Below are positions 25,791 through 40,421 of a stretch of 64,000 nt of DNA, piece after piece. The position numbers were made by a program, and so were the translations under genes. How positions within the stretch are numbered: the stretch's first letter is position 1; every line of letters begins with the position of its first letter. Source of the DNA: Eledone cirrhosa (Eukaryota); assembly GCA_964016885.1 (NCBI GenBank), contig OZ024747.1:56482001-56546000 (forward strand), in the 5' to 3' direction. The notes beneath the pieces are model-generated. The model had not been told where the DNA came from. It saw only the letters and a program-made list of their open reading frames with translations, and did no database searches.

Positions 25791-26275
25791 TTGCAGGTAT
25801 ATATATGTATAATACACCTATAAAACCTTTAATTTATATACACTCCTTTATAAACACATACATACATCCATATATACACATACACAAACATAACTCCTTA
25901 CCCTAACCAATCTGAAACACAATGAAATAAACGCCAATACTGAAAGAAGAGAGAGTGAAAAAAAAACACAACATAGTTTGATTTATTTACCAAGATAATC
26001 ACTGAGGAACCTTCCTATTGATTTCCTATTGAATTTGTATTCTAGCAGTGGACATATTGGTTTCCACTACAAGAGATGCTATTCAATCTCATTCTTCAAG
26101 CGCTGAATATATTAGTTGCTCACTGGTGGACAAAAATGCCAATTTACTAAAAATTCAAAGCCAGTCAGTTTGTGATGGCTTACTAGTTAAAATGGCTGCT
26201 CTAATGACTGAGAAAGAGAATGTGAAGATGAGAGATATGTATTGAAAGATGGGGAGAGAGAGAGAAAGGAAGGAA

Positions 26276-26345
<70 letters not shown>

Positions 26346-26602
26346 GAGGGAGAGCCTGTCGCCATGAAAGAGTTTGTTTGGAACTCTTTTGTATGAGTCA
26401 TGCATTTGCTAGTGGGTCGCATGTTAGAGTGTAAAGAAATTAGAGAAAATTCTCTTTATTGGGGAAAAAAAATTCAAACTCACCTTAAACATATAAATTG
26501 AATTATAATTATGAATATATATATGTTCACCAATTACATTGAAGAAGATATATTTTTGTCATTCAAAAAATACAAAAATAAAACTTAAATATTTTACATT
26601 AA

Positions 26603-26801
26603 CCCTTTAACATTTAAACCAGTTGTATCTGGTCAAAATTCTCTCACCACTTTCTGTTCAAACTGGCCATAAGTGGCTGCTTATACTGAAGTTAAGGTAT
26701 TGCTTTCAAAATGAATATCATCAAAATCTCGTGGATTCGATATTATGTGAGATAATTATGTAGGGAAAGCCTTTACCGTGAAAATACAATAGTATAAAGG
26801 G
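26603..26801. mobile_element. piggyBac-type MITE
   Basis: TTAA|CCCTTTA ... TAAAGGG|TTAA: TTAA TSD and CCCT termini. Confidence 0.75.
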
Positions 26802-27324
26802 TTAATCATTTTTTTCTTCAAACATTTTCAATCCACTCTTTGCAGCTTGATTACAGACACACTTCGTCTATAACTCATATTGCAACAAAACACTTTTTGT
26901 TTCAGTCCCTGGACATGAGCAGAGCTAACATTTGTTCAGAGTGTTACAACAATGAACTCCATTGTGTAATAATCTTTATCTGTAGCTGGTTTTAGTAAAC
27001 ACCACCATGATGTTGGGTGTTTGTAGCAGAGTTCACTTTTCTGGATGTTTTTAAGCCAAATGACTCATCTGGAAATAGATTTCTCCACCCTCCCAACTGT
27101 CTCTGAGGTCTTTAACCGTTTCATTATCTATAATGTGGCCCAAGAGTTCTTGCTTTTTCCCTTATTTTCTTCTAATTTATGGCATTTATAGTTATTTCCT
27201 CTACTTCTCCATACAGCCAGATCTACCCTTCTTTACCATTTCTCACTACTTAATTTTGTTTTTAACTGGGAAGCAGAAAAAAAAAAAATCAAACATGTTT
27301 TGTGGCATGAGAACCAAAGACATG

Positions 27325-29232
27325 CACTGAATTGCAAAGCAGTGATCCAGGGAAAATTGTAATGTCATTTGGGAAGAAATGTGTCCGAGGTGATAATGGG
27401 GCCCTTGCCCTCACCAACACTGAAAAGAAAGTAGCATGGAAATTACATTGTGAAAGACTGCTTTATGGGAGGAATATAGTCTGCCTTAAGTAGACCCAAC
27501 AGAGGGACCAGCCAGTCAGGAGCAGTGTAGCAATTAAGGTAATTAAGGATATGAAAATATGCAAAACAGCTGGATCATCAAGAATAGTTGCTGAGATGCT
27601 GAAAGCATCTGGGATGGTGGGTTACATTTAATTTACCTATTTTGTAAACCAGGTAATACAGAATGATGTTATACCCAATGACTGGTGCAGCAACATCATC
27701 ATCAACTGCTAGAAGGGCAAAAGTGATGCACTAGACAGAGGAGATTATAGAGTCATCAAGTTGATGGACCAGGTGATAAAGGATGCAGAACAAGTTATAG
27801 CACAGTTGATTAGGGACCAAGTTAATCTAAATGATTTGTGCTGGGTAAAAGTACCACTGATGCCCACTTCTTTGTGAGGCCAATGCAGGAAAAGTACTTT
27901 GCTAAAGGTAAGCCCCTCTACTTGGCATTTGTTGACCTGGTGAAAACTTCTGACAGAGTCCCCCAGTCCATAATCTAGGGGGTAATTAGTAAACTAGGGG
28001 TAAATGAGGGGCTTGTAAAGGTGAAATAAGCCACATACAGAGGAATAATCAGCAAGGTTAGAATTAACAATGAATATGATGAGGAATTTAGTGTACAAGT
28101 AAAAGTCTATCAAGGTTCCATTTTAAGCCCTCTCGTATTTATTATCATCCTACAGGTTATAACAGAAGAGTTTAAAATAGGCTTCCCATGGGAACTCCTA
28201 TATGCAGATGATCTAACACTCGTAGTAGAATCTATGGCAGAATTAGAGAATAAATTCCAAACCTGGAAGCTTGGAAACAAAAGGTCTTAAAGTCAACTTG
28301 GCAAACATTCCTTGTCTTAGTAAGTAAAAAGAAAAACAATGTCCAGACCCCTTCAGGGAAATAGCCATACTGAGTGTGCAGGAAAAATGTAGTGGTTTTG
28401 TAGGTAGTCGTTGCACAGGAGCAGTAAGCTGCACGACCTCACAAGAAAAAGCCCCATTTAAAAGCTCAGAGGGCTACATAGAAGTAGTTGATGGTGTCTG
28501 TTATCTCAGTGACCAAATTACCAGTGACAGTGAGTGTTCTGAAAATATAGTGAGAGTGGGATGGAAAATGTTCAGGGAGCTACTACCACTGCTAATTACA
28601 ATGGTTGCTTGGAATATTTCCAGTTTTAGCTTGTTGGTAAGTTGTTCCAAGCAACCATTAAGCCCATATTACTTTATGGATCCGAAACTTGGACACTAAC
28701 ATCACAACTTGAGAGGAGATTGGATGGCACATATACCCGCCTCTTAATGAGAGTGCAAAACCTATCCTGGAAACGACATCCCACCTTGTCTAAAATCTAT
28801 GGCAAACTCCCTCGAGCCTCTGCCCTTCTAAAATCCTGGAGAGCTCAATTTGCTGGCCACTGTCACCGTGCCAGCAATGAAATCATATCCGTTCTCTTGC
28901 TCTGGAACCCTGACTCCAGCCTGACTAGGAGTAGGAAGCTGTCATTCCCTGACGTTATCTCTAGGGATACGGGAATCAGTAGACGGGACCTGGGGGGCAG
29001 CGATGGGGGACAGGGAATTCTGGGGCATGAGAGTGAGATCCATCATCTCGACAGTAGTCGACGAATGATGATGATGATGATGCTAATTACAAAGGAACTT
29101 CCCCTCAAAATGAAAATCAGATTGTATGATGCTTGTGTATGAATAGCCATACTGCATTGAAGTATAACTTTGACACTATGTGCAGAGGACCGTCAAAGAT
29201 TGGAAAGATATAAAGCTTGCATGCTCCAAATT
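27325..29232 (+). pseudogene. Decayed RTE (BovB-like) LINE reverse transcriptase, interrupted by a nested RTE
   Basis: With stops and frameshifts it reads IVAEMLKA...IPNDW...KGKSDALDRGDYRVIKL...GKSTTDA..VRPMQEKY..KPLYLAFVDL...QGSILSPLVFII...WELLYADDL...GWKMFRELLPLL|ITKELPLKMKIRLYDACV. Confidence 0.9.
28602..29080 (+). mobile_element. Nested young RTE-clade 3' fragment with 5' inversion and a 12-bp TSD
   Basis: Encodes FQATIKPILLYGSETWTLT..LERRLDGTYTRLLM..QFAGHCHR, with a (GAT)n tail. TSD TGCTAATTACAA at 28590-28601 and 29081-29092. Confidence 0.9.
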
Positions 29233-29410
29233 ATGTTAAGAGAGCATGAGTTTGTTGAATGCTCAGCCACTTGCATATTAATTTCATTTGTAGGCTGTCA
29301 TTTGTAGGATCAAACAACTGATCAGAACTGATGTGTCTTATATGAATGTATGTATGTATGTACGTATGTATGTATGTATGTATGTATATGGGTGCATGTG
29401 TATGTATATG

Positions 29411-29765
29411 CGCGGGGACATAGAAATAGTCGGGCTGGACACCCGATTGCGCGGTTAAACCACTGGGAGTGAAGGACCCTAGCCTTTGTCAGGGTATTCT
29501 TCTAGGAGAAGGCAACTCAGGAAACTGGGATAACTCCAATATAAAACCTGCGGCTCAGTAGTTACCAATGATGTTGATCTTTTCTTCTTTTCGGGTTATA
29601 GCTACTGTCGCTCAGAGAGTGGGATTGGCTCAGTGCACACTCTTTCATCATTTTCAAAAATATCTTCATGCACAGGCATTGCACGATAGAATTAATTAAT
29701 AATTATTAATAATGGTATATCGTGCAATGGCCATACTCGATAACGAGGAGGCAGCCTTTATCATG
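29411..29765 (+). mobile_element. Bipartite non-autonomous RTE derivative (5' UTR-like part joined to the 3' end)
   Basis: RTE 5'-UTR-type motif CTAGGAGAAGGCAACTC. The 3' end CGTGCAATGGCCATACTCGATAACGAGGAGGCAGCC is nearly identical to the zinc-finger RTE end. It sits in (TATG)n. Confidence 0.75.
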
Positions 29766-29885
29766 ATCATGCATGTATGTATGCATGCATGCTTGTATGT
29801 ACATATGTATGTATATATGTGTATATGTTTGCATGCATGCATTATGTATGTGTGTATGCATCTATGTGGTCATGTATCTATGTAT

Positions 29886-29933
<48 letters not shown>

Positions 29934-29947
29934 ATATATATCCATCC

Positions 29948-29992
<45 letters not shown>

Positions 29993-29994
29993 AT

Positions 29995-30045
<51 letters not shown>

Positions 30046-30426
30046 TGAGGCATGCATGTATGTATGTGAGTGTACCTCTATATATGTAGTCACATATGTA
30101 TGCATGCAGCAATGTATGAATGAGTAAGAGAATGAAGACTAAAAAAACCTAGCTGGCTCAGTTTGCTACTGTATTGCATTTAAGAGTAGAACCTGAGAAG
30201 GAATATAATAAATGGAAGTGATTGCAAAAACCACTGTCAAACATGAGTTATAAGATTAATAATAATAACAATAATAATAACAACTACAATAAAGATAGCA
30301 TTAGTGATATTGACATTAGAAACAATAATAATAATATTAGTAATAATGAAAATATTAATGATAATAATGCATGCATACATATTACAAGAATATATATATA
30401 TCATATATTATATATCTATCTATCTA

Positions 30427-30483
<57 letters not shown>

Positions 30484-30562
30484 ATATAATATATAATATA
30501 TATGTATATTATATATACACATATATATATATATATATATATAATATAATATAAATGCATAT

Positions 30563-30614
<52 letters not shown>

Positions 30615-32091
30615 TATTATCATATATATATATATGCACATCAACAAAGTAAAACAAAGTTGGTATCGGTGAAATAATTGAAATAGAAAGTATAAACAAC
30701 AAAAATGTCCAAAATGTTTCTTTTTAGTGGAAGAGGTGGGGTGGGGGTGGGGGACATAGATATTATTGTTTTTATTGTTATTTTGGTTGTTGTCAATCTT
30801 ATTGTTTTTATTTTTGTTATAGTTGTTATTGTTGTTGTGGTTGTTGTTATTGTCATTGCTGTCATTGTTATTTTCACCATCATATTTTGTTTGGGTTTTC
30901 TTTTTTGTCATTAATGTTGTTTTTTTGTTTTTTTTGCCATTACTTTTGTTGATGTCGTTGTCGTTGTTGTTGTTGTTGTTGTTGTTGTCGTCATTTCTGC
31001 AGTTGTTTTTGCTTAGCCAACCATCTAAGATGATCCGACGAAATTTTTTATGAGATGAAACCACTTAGCGTTTCAGCCTGTCCATCACCATCACCATCAC
31101 CATCATCATCACCATCATCATCATCATCGTCATCATCGTTATCGTCGTTGTCTCACTGGCCAGTGACAGTTTCTGGCAAAGGTTTATGGCTATTGCATAT
31201 AAAGGCCAAATAACGATGATTATCATCATAATCTTTACTTGACATCAAAGCCACAACGACAATCTCATAATATTGAGGAAGATAGCCGTTTTAGAAATAG
31301 CCTCTCAACAACATGTTGTTTTATTTTCATTTTCATCATTACTACTACTGCTAATATTATTATTATTATTATTGTTATTATTATTATTATTATTTGATAT
31401 TTTTCCGTGTTAGTTCTATAGAAATATTACTAATCCTTTTGTTATTGTAGATGTTTTTGAATTTTTTTTTTTTCTTATTTCATTCTTTTGGTGTATTTTC
31501 TTTGGTTTTTGTAAATTTCTTTATCTTGTTTCTGCATTCTTCTTCCAGAAATAATTTTTATTTTGTATTTTTTTAATGTTTTATTTTTATGTATTTTTGG
31601 GAGTATGGGTCAGGGTGCAGAACGTATTATTTTAACCTTTGAAAAACACCACAATCACCATCATCACCATCATCACCATAATCATCATCATTTTTTATAT
31701 ATTTTTGTATCTTTCTATTGTACTTTTCACTATTGTGTTTCTCTTGATGTCATCTCTTACGACTTTCACTGCACACACAGTTGCATTTATGTATATGGAC
31801 ACACTGGATATATAGCTATGTGTGTAGGTGTGTAGGTGTGTTGAATTTATGTGTATGTGTGTGTGTATTTGTGTGTATGTATGTGTGCGTGTTTACATGT
31901 ATGTGTCTGTGTATATGTGTAAGAAGGCATTGAACTTTAGATATCTAATCTGAAAGAAAGAAAATTCTATGGATTTCAATCATACAAAATGTACTCAATA
32001 CTGTTAAGTGCAATGTAACTATTATTATTTTTATTTAGTCAAAGCTGAGACTCTTCAATTATGACTCAGTGATACCTATTTCCAAGTCTTC

Positions 32092-32290
32092 ATATCATCA
32101 TTTTTATGTCTATTTTTCCACGCTTGCATGGGTTGGACAGGTCCTTTTCAGCACAGCATCTCTCTAATTACTGCGTTCCTTAGTCATCTCCCCTGGGAGT
32201 TTCAGCAATTTGAGGTCACCCTTCACCACCTCTGCCCAGGTCTTTCTTTGTCTACCTTTACTGCGACTTCCTTTCACTGGCATTTCCTAT
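32092..32290 (-). mobile_element. RTE 3' fragment
   Basis: Homologous to 8840-9035. Confidence 0.75.
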
Positions 32291-32548
32291 CTGCATTTGT
32301 GTGTGTATATATGTGCATATATATGCATATATATTATATATATACATATATATATATTTATATATATTTATATATATTTATATATATATATACATATATA
32401 TACATGTATATACATATATATATATACATACGATATATACATATATATACATGTATATACATATATATATATATATACGATATATACATATATATACATA
32501 TATATACATATATATACATATATATACATATATATATATATACGATAT

Positions 32549-32898
32549 GGAGGCACATGGCTTAGTGGTTAGAGCATTGGCTTTGCAATCGAAAGGTTGT
32601 GAGTTCAATTCTCAGACCGAGTGATGTATTGTTTCCTTGAGCAAGACACTTTATTTCACATTGCTCCAGTTTACTCAGCTGTAGAAATGAGATGATAGGG
32701 ACTGTGGTCCCTATCATTCCACTGCAAAATGGTCGTGGAGGTGGCACAGCAAAAAAGCACCCAGCACTCACTGTAAATGAGGTTGGTGTTAGGAAGGGTA
32801 TCCAGCTGTAGAAATCAAGCCAGAATCAGTTCCCGTCCCACCCTTGCAAGCAGGGAAAAGCGGATGTAAAATGATGATAATGAGGATGATGATGATGA
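32549..32898 (+). mobile_element. Young tRNA-CORE SINE, full length
   Basis: Near-identical to 15003-15333. TA-rich flanks on both sides. Confidence 0.92.
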
Positions 32899-32963
32899 TA
32901 TATATATATATATATGCACATATTTACACATTGTTATATTTGGGGAGGGTCATATTGCTATGA

Positions 32964-33083
32964 TATTGCCAGAAATAATAATAAAATACACTCACTGTGG
33001 TTTGGTTTTCGCTTCTGTATATTTTCTATCCCTATAGTTAATTTAGCTGGCAATCAATGTTTATCATTGATCGAGTAACGGTT

Positions 33084-33138
<55 letters not shown>

Positions 33139-33296
33139 TATATACTGTATATGTGTATTTATATCTATATTTTTAACTGTTGGTCAATCAATAATAAACA
33201 TTGATTGCCAGCTAAATAAACTATAGGGATAGAAAATATACAGAAGCAAAAACCAATCCAAACAGTGAGAGGGTTTTATTATTATTTCTGGCAATA
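32964..33296. repeat. Fold-back: ~125-bp inverted repeats around a central (TA)n
   Basis: 32964-33090 is the reverse complement of ~33167-33296 (CTATCCCTATAG / CTATAGGGATAG; AGCTGGCAATCAATGTTTAT / ATAAACATTGATTGCCAGCT). Confidence 0.9.
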
Positions 33297-33301
33297 AAAA
33301 A

Positions 33302-33410
33302 TCAGAGTTCAAATCCCGCCGAGGTTAACTTTGCCTTTCATCCTTAAGGGGTCGATAAAATAAAGTACCAGTAATATACTGGCCTTGTGCCAAAAGTAGA
33401 AACAATTATT
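33302..33410 (+). mobile_element. 5'-truncated Meta-like SINE
   Basis: GAGTTCAAATCCCGCCGAGGTTAACTTTGCC...GGCCTTGTGCCAAAAGTAGAAACAATTATT. Confidence 0.85.
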
Positions 33411-33674
33411 TTCATTGTCATACATCTACTTTCTAGCACATAACACCATCCTTCACTTGTTGCAGTTCTTTGTCCTCTCCTTCATTAGTTTCAGCAATTT
33501 GAGAACAATTCCCACGCCCTCTGTCCAGATCTTCCTTCATTTCCTTCTACTTCACATTCTTTCAGCTTAGATTTCTTGGCACCATTTTACCCACTGTTCA
33601 TCATCGAAATACATCACATGTCTATACCAGCACAGTCTCTCTTACACATTACATGTGATTCCTTTTATACTCTT

Positions 33675-33934
33675 CTTCTTCGCCTCTTATTCCTGAGAGG
33701 GTTGTGGGGGCAGAGTCCTCAAACACTCCTTCCAGTGGGTCCTGTCAGAAGCAACTGTCTCCAACTGATCCAGCTGGATCCCCAAGTATGACCAGCCAAG
33801 CTTATGAATGTTATCCAACCATCTTGCTCGGTGTCGACCTCTAGGTCTCTTACCAATTGGTTTTGCCTGTAACATCTATCCAGTGATTCTCCCCTGAGAC
33901 ACACTAGCCATATGTCCATAGTGTCAGAGCTATG
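33675..33934 (-). mobile_element. RTE-clade 3' fragment, second family (also 51318-51655)
   Basis: Encodes GKRPRGRHRARWLDNI...VASDRTHWKECL. It resumes briefly at ~34318 after the CR1 insertion. Confidence 0.8.
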
Positions 33935-34318
33935 ATAATAAAAAAAATAATAATGAAAATATTGTGTACAGTGCTCAGGTGCACTACAACTCATCAAAAA
34001 TGTATGTATAGTACATAGGGTAATGTACGAACGTCAGGAAAATGAACAGTGCATGAGTCATGATATACACATGTGTGCATGTGTATGGAAGGGGGACATC
34101 AGGTGTAGTTTTGACGAATTTCGGGAAGCATGAGGGTTTTAAAGGATGCAGTGTCTCGGCAGCTAACAACTGACGCAGGCAGTTTGTTCCATGCTTCAGC
34201 AACTCTAAGTGTGAAAAAATGTTTCCGAAAGTCATGGTAGCTGTGCTGTTTTCTGATTTTGTAGGCATGTCCACGTGTGTTAGACACATGGAGATCAAAA
34301 AGTTGCTCAGGGTTGTTG
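33935..34318 (-). mobile_element. CR1-clade LINE 3' end
   Basis: NTRGHAYKIRKQH...RKHFFTLRVAEAWNKLPASVV...SFK is the canonical CR1 ORF2 terminus, followed by a 3' UTR and an ATT-rich tail. Confidence 0.9.
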
Positions 34319-35658
34319 ATCTTTCAATTCAGAGAAGCAAGAAACACACAGACATATGATGGCTGTTGACTGAGGTTCAGGGATCATGCTTGATCATTAT
34401 AAAAAAGAATCATGTTTTCGAAAGTTTAAGCCCATCACACAGGTACAGTGTGATGGGCTTACCTTACAAACAAAGCTGCAAATATGCACACACATATGCA
34501 GAGGTGTATCCTAATGTATAATATTGTATTCACACACACAAAACATGCGTATTTATGTCTATGGCTCCCTTTGGTGGTGATTGATATTGGGGCTGCATTT
34601 GAATAGTTTCCTCTTTGAAACTCTAGGTGAGCTGTTTTATGGAGAACCAGCAGTCACCTATGCACAGATGTCTCCTCTCTCCATCTTACCAATGCTGTCT
34701 AAGGGAAAGGCAAAGGCTAGTTCAGCTTGGCACCAGTGTCATTGCAACACATTGTTTTCCAGCTAAGTGGACTAGAGCAATGTGAAATAAAGTTCCCCTC
34801 TAACTCTTTCTCATTTATCTCTCTCCCCCTCTCAATATCTCTCTTTCTCTTGAAGAAATTAGCTATTTTCAGACATGGAGAGAGTTGTGCAGTACTAGGT
34901 TTAAATATCCAAGACATTGTACACATAACATATATCACTTCATTGCCCCTATAACTCAACCTGGAGATAAGGACCCAGGCATGCATAAAGACCCTGGCAT
35001 GCATATGTATGTAGATATGTATGTATGTATGTATGAGCCTGTAACTCCAGGTGGAATTTTGTAAGGGTGCTGTAATTACGTACATTTCTTGAGCATTTTA
35101 ACCCTAGTAGAGCACTTCTCTCAACCCGTCTGAACATAAGCAATTCCTTCAGTAAAGGAGAAAAAGAAAAAGAAAGTTATATAGAGGAAGAATCAAAGTT
35201 AGTACTGGACTGGTACTTTATTTATCAACTTCAAAAGGATGGAAGACAAAGATGACTTTGGAAGGATTTCAACTCAGAGTGATGACAGCTAAAGGAATTC
35301 TGCAAAGTATTCTATCTGACGTTCTAACAGTTCTGCAGTTTTGCTGCTTTTATGAGTGTGTGTACAGTAAACTAAAGAAACATATTATAATCATATAGTC
35401 TGTGATGATAATAACAGTCAGGAGAGGTTGTCTCAGTAAAGTAAACTTCATTTGTCTTCAATGGACCAACACAGGATGTACAAAACTGTTTTTATAATGT
35501 TTTTACTTAAATTGCATAAGTTATAGAGATAACAAATTGGAGAGGATTTATATAGTTAAACTCTGATTCACATACATATATATATACATACTTACACACA
35601 CATATATATACATATATATATATATAAATATATATTTATATATATATATATATGTATA

Positions 35659-35763
<105 letters not shown>

Positions 35764-36027
35764 GTATGTATATATGAATACATATATATATATATGTGTG
35801 TGTGTATGTATATATGTATGTATCTGTGTGTTTGTGCGTTTGTGTATATATATATATACACACATACACATGCACAAATAAACACAGGTATGCACATACA
35901 CACTCACACATGATTTATTGGTGAGTTTCATGAGAGTGAAACTTCGACTTTAAATGCCCCAATAAATAATATAAATTTTACTGGATGTATTGAGTACCCT
36001 CTTGTTTATATACTCTCCAGTGCCATA

Positions 36028-36068
<41 letters not shown>

Positions 36069-36073
36069 CTGTG

Positions 36074-36108
<35 letters not shown>

Positions 36109-36149
36109 ATATATATATATATGTGTGTGTGTATATATATATGTATATA

Positions 36150-36222
<73 letters not shown>

Positions 36223-36255
36223 ATATATATATATATGTGTGTGTATATATATATA

Positions 36256-36298
<43 letters not shown>

Positions 36299-36697
36299 AT
36301 ATATATATATATATATGTGTATATATATAAATATTTATCTGTGTATGTGTGTATATTATATGTATACAAGCACATATGTGTGCATATATACATGTTTATA
36401 CACACACATGCATGCAGACATAAATATATATATATGTGTGTATGTGCGTGTACGTGCATGTGTGTATTCATAGGTCTGTGGTAAATTTATGAACGTATTT
36501 TTTTTGTGTAGGTATATGTGTCAACTGATTTGTGGCTTGAACTGTACAAGTGTATATATGTGCATGTGTGTGTATACGTGCATGTGTGCTTGGGTAAGTA
36601 TATATATATTTATATATATATGTAAAGCTTGTTTTTATGAGTATACATACATTTGTATGTGTTTGTGTATTCATTGCCGTGTGCATTGTGCCTTGGC

Positions 36698-36772
<75 letters not shown>

Positions 36773-36801
36773 CATACATACATACACACACACACAAAAA
36801 T

Positions 36802-36832
<31 letters not shown>

Positions 36833-37690
36833 CATAAATGTAAAGTTCTATTTTTATGAGTGTATTTTATTTTATCTCTTCTATGTGAATGTTGTGTATG
36901 TGAGTGTGTGTGAGAGAGTGTAATCCTAAAATACCAAATATACTGAAGAAATACAATAAAAGAATTGGTAAAACATGATAGGCGGAGACCAGAGACCGTA
37001 TTGAAAGTTTGATCAGTAGAATAGAAGCTGGAGTAAATTACCAAAGCAAATGGAAAAAGAAATATATAAATAAAGAAATCAACTAAACTAAACTAAAATA
37101 AAACAAAATAAAACAACACAAAATAAAATCAAATAAAACAACACAAAATAATACCAAATAAAATCAAATAAAAGATACATAAAAAAGAGAGACGAGGGTG
37201 AAAGTGTGGGGGTGACAGGAAATTCTTGTCGTTTATCGACTGATGGTTGTATTTCAAATATTTATGGGAAAATCTATAGACTATGGTGAAGATAAATTAT
37301 AAAGGATCCAACCAAACTTTGGCCTAATTACAAATGTTCTATGAGTGCCAAGAGTGTTTAAAAGTTAGGGCCAATGAGGGAAATGGTTGATGGAAATGTG
37401 GGTGGGGAGTTTCAGCAGGGGTGGAGAGTTTCTCTACTTTTGAGTTTTTCATGACGAAGGGGTGACTTATAATGTCTACCAACCCTCATATATTATCCTC
37501 AGGTCTGTATAATTCATAAGGCTGACTAAGCCGAAGTCTAACGGCCTGGCAGAGTTTAAGGGTTTGTCAAATTTTTTTCTGCTGTAGTTGGGTAAAAGAT
37601 TGGAGTGCCAAAAAGGGTCTGAAATAGCTGTAAATCTAGGGGGCCCAGCCATGGGTTAATACAGTCCTGTTTCTTTACAATATCAGCCTC

Positions 37691-38034
37691 ATCATTTCAT
37701 TTTCATTTCATTTTACGTCCGCTTTTTCCCTGCTTGCAACGGTGGGACGGGAACTGATGCTGGCTTGATTTCTACAGCTGGATGCCCTTCCTAATACCAA
37801 CCTCATTTACAGTAAGTGCTGGGTGCTTTTTTGCCGTGGCACCTCCACGACCACTTTGCAGTGGAATGATATGGACCCCAGTCCCTATCATCTCATTTCT
37901 ACAGCTGAGTAAACTGGAGCAATGTGAAATAAAATGTCTTGCTCAAGGAAACAACACATCACCCGGTCTGAGAATTGAACTCACAACCTTTCGATTGCAA
38001 GGCCAATGCTCTAACCACTAAGCCATGTGCTTCC
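37691..38034 (-). mobile_element. Young tRNA-CORE SINE
   Basis: Reverse complement of the 32549 family. Confidence 0.92.
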
Positions 38035-38061
38035 TCACATACCTTAATCAATGCCTTACTT

Positions 38062-38412
38062 CAGCGTTCTCAAACTTTTTACTCTTGTGGAACCCTTGAA
38101 AGATATATGTACATGCAAGTGCACACACACAAACATATATATATACATAGATGCATACACCTTCTCCCACACTCATACACACACACACATACAGACACAT
38201 ATATATATTTATACATTTATACTAACACAACAATATGAAGCCTTTGATAAGAATTATTGTGTACCATTATTAATATCAATTTGCAAGCTCGGAAATCATT
38301 GTGTTCCTTTATGAGACCATACATTATCTTATTTATCCTTTTTCTCATGGAACACCAACCAACTTCTTGTGAAACCTTAGGTTTTGGGGGAACATCAGTT
38401 AGAAAACATTTG
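38062..38412. mobile_element. hAT (Charlie-like) MITE, decayed
   Basis: Starts CAGCGTTCTCAAACTTTTT...GTGGAACCC and ends GGAACATCAGTTAGAAAACATTTG. Confidence 0.6.
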
Positions 38413-38925
38413 TTCCTTAAAAATCATTTCCATCAATGATTATTTCCTTCATATAATGAGTTTCTTTATGTGTAAGTTTTGGTTCTGTCAATGTGTGAAT
38501 GGTTTACTGTTTGGGGCTGGATTCTTTGTTGGTTTTAGTGATGAGTATACAGTTATTTGATCTACCTGTAAGTGGTTGAGTATTCCTCAGAAAAATGTTG
38601 TTATTGTTGGACCTGCAACAGTTCTGACAATGAGTTTTCATGTTTTTTTGATCAGCAGAAGATCTTGCTTGTGAAATTAATGTGCAAGTGGCTGAGCATT
38701 CTGCAGACATTTGTAACCCAATGCCTGGGACAACTCAAAGCTATTGGAAAGATATTTATCCAAATTCATCCTTGTAAATATTACATTGTACTTTAACAAA
38801 TTCACTTGCGTAACTTATAACTCTAGTGTTACAGATAAAGAATGTTGGTGGTGGACATAAGGAACAATAAAATGTACATAATGTAAAAAGTAACATTCAT
38901 AATAAGTAACATTCATAATAATAAT

Positions 38926-39104
38926 TGTATCTACTTTTGGCACAAGGCCAGCAATTACCCAGTACATTACTGGTACTTTATTCTATCGACCCCGTAAGGA
39001 TGAAAGGCAAAGTTAACCTCGGCGGGATTTGAACTCAGAATGGCAAGGGCCGTAACTCTATGTGTCAAAGCATGGCGTCCAACCTTCTACCGACACTGCC
39101 AATC
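38926..39104 (-). mobile_element. Meta-like SINE with an 18-bp TSD
   Basis: TSD AACATTCATAATAATAAT at 38908-38925 and 39105-39122. Confidence 0.88.
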
Positions 39105-39408
39105 AACATTCATAATAATAATGATGGTGATAGAGATGTTGCTGGTGATGATGATGATGACATTTGAAAGTGTGTTTGTGTGTGTGTAGATATATCAATA
39201 TCTATATCTATATCTATCTATATCCTTCTCAATATATATATATAGATATATAATGAAGGAAGTGTGGCGAGGAACCAGATGGACCATAACGCACCAGGGT
39301 ACTCAATACTTAGGGTAGTAGAGTGGGAAATAGGAAAAGAGTCAGGACCCCGACGGCCGTTTCAACAGCTAGGTCTGAACTCAGACATATATGTATACAT
39401 GTCTATGT

Positions 39409-39479
<71 letters not shown>

Positions 39480-39631
39480 AAAATATTTAATCCTGACGGC
39501 AGAGCTCAAGCTGTTTCTGGAATAGCCGTCAAAACAGCTTGAGCTCTGGCATCGGGATAAACATTTTCCTATTACCAACGTTCTACTACCCTAAGTATTG
39601 AGTACTCTGTCTTTACCACACTTACTTTGTT

Positions 39632-40196
<565 letters not shown>

Positions 40197-40378
40197 TATA
40201 CATGTGTATGTATATATAATTTATGCACATATATTAATGAACATATAAAAATGAAAGTTGATCATTTTGACTTCATTATACATATATTCTGTATATATCC
40301 TCACCATCATTTCATCTTTATCATATCATCATCATTGTCATCATTCAACGTCTGTGCTACCTGCTCATAAGGTGTATT

Positions 40379-40409
<31 letters not shown>

Positions 40410-40421
40410 TTGTGTATACAT

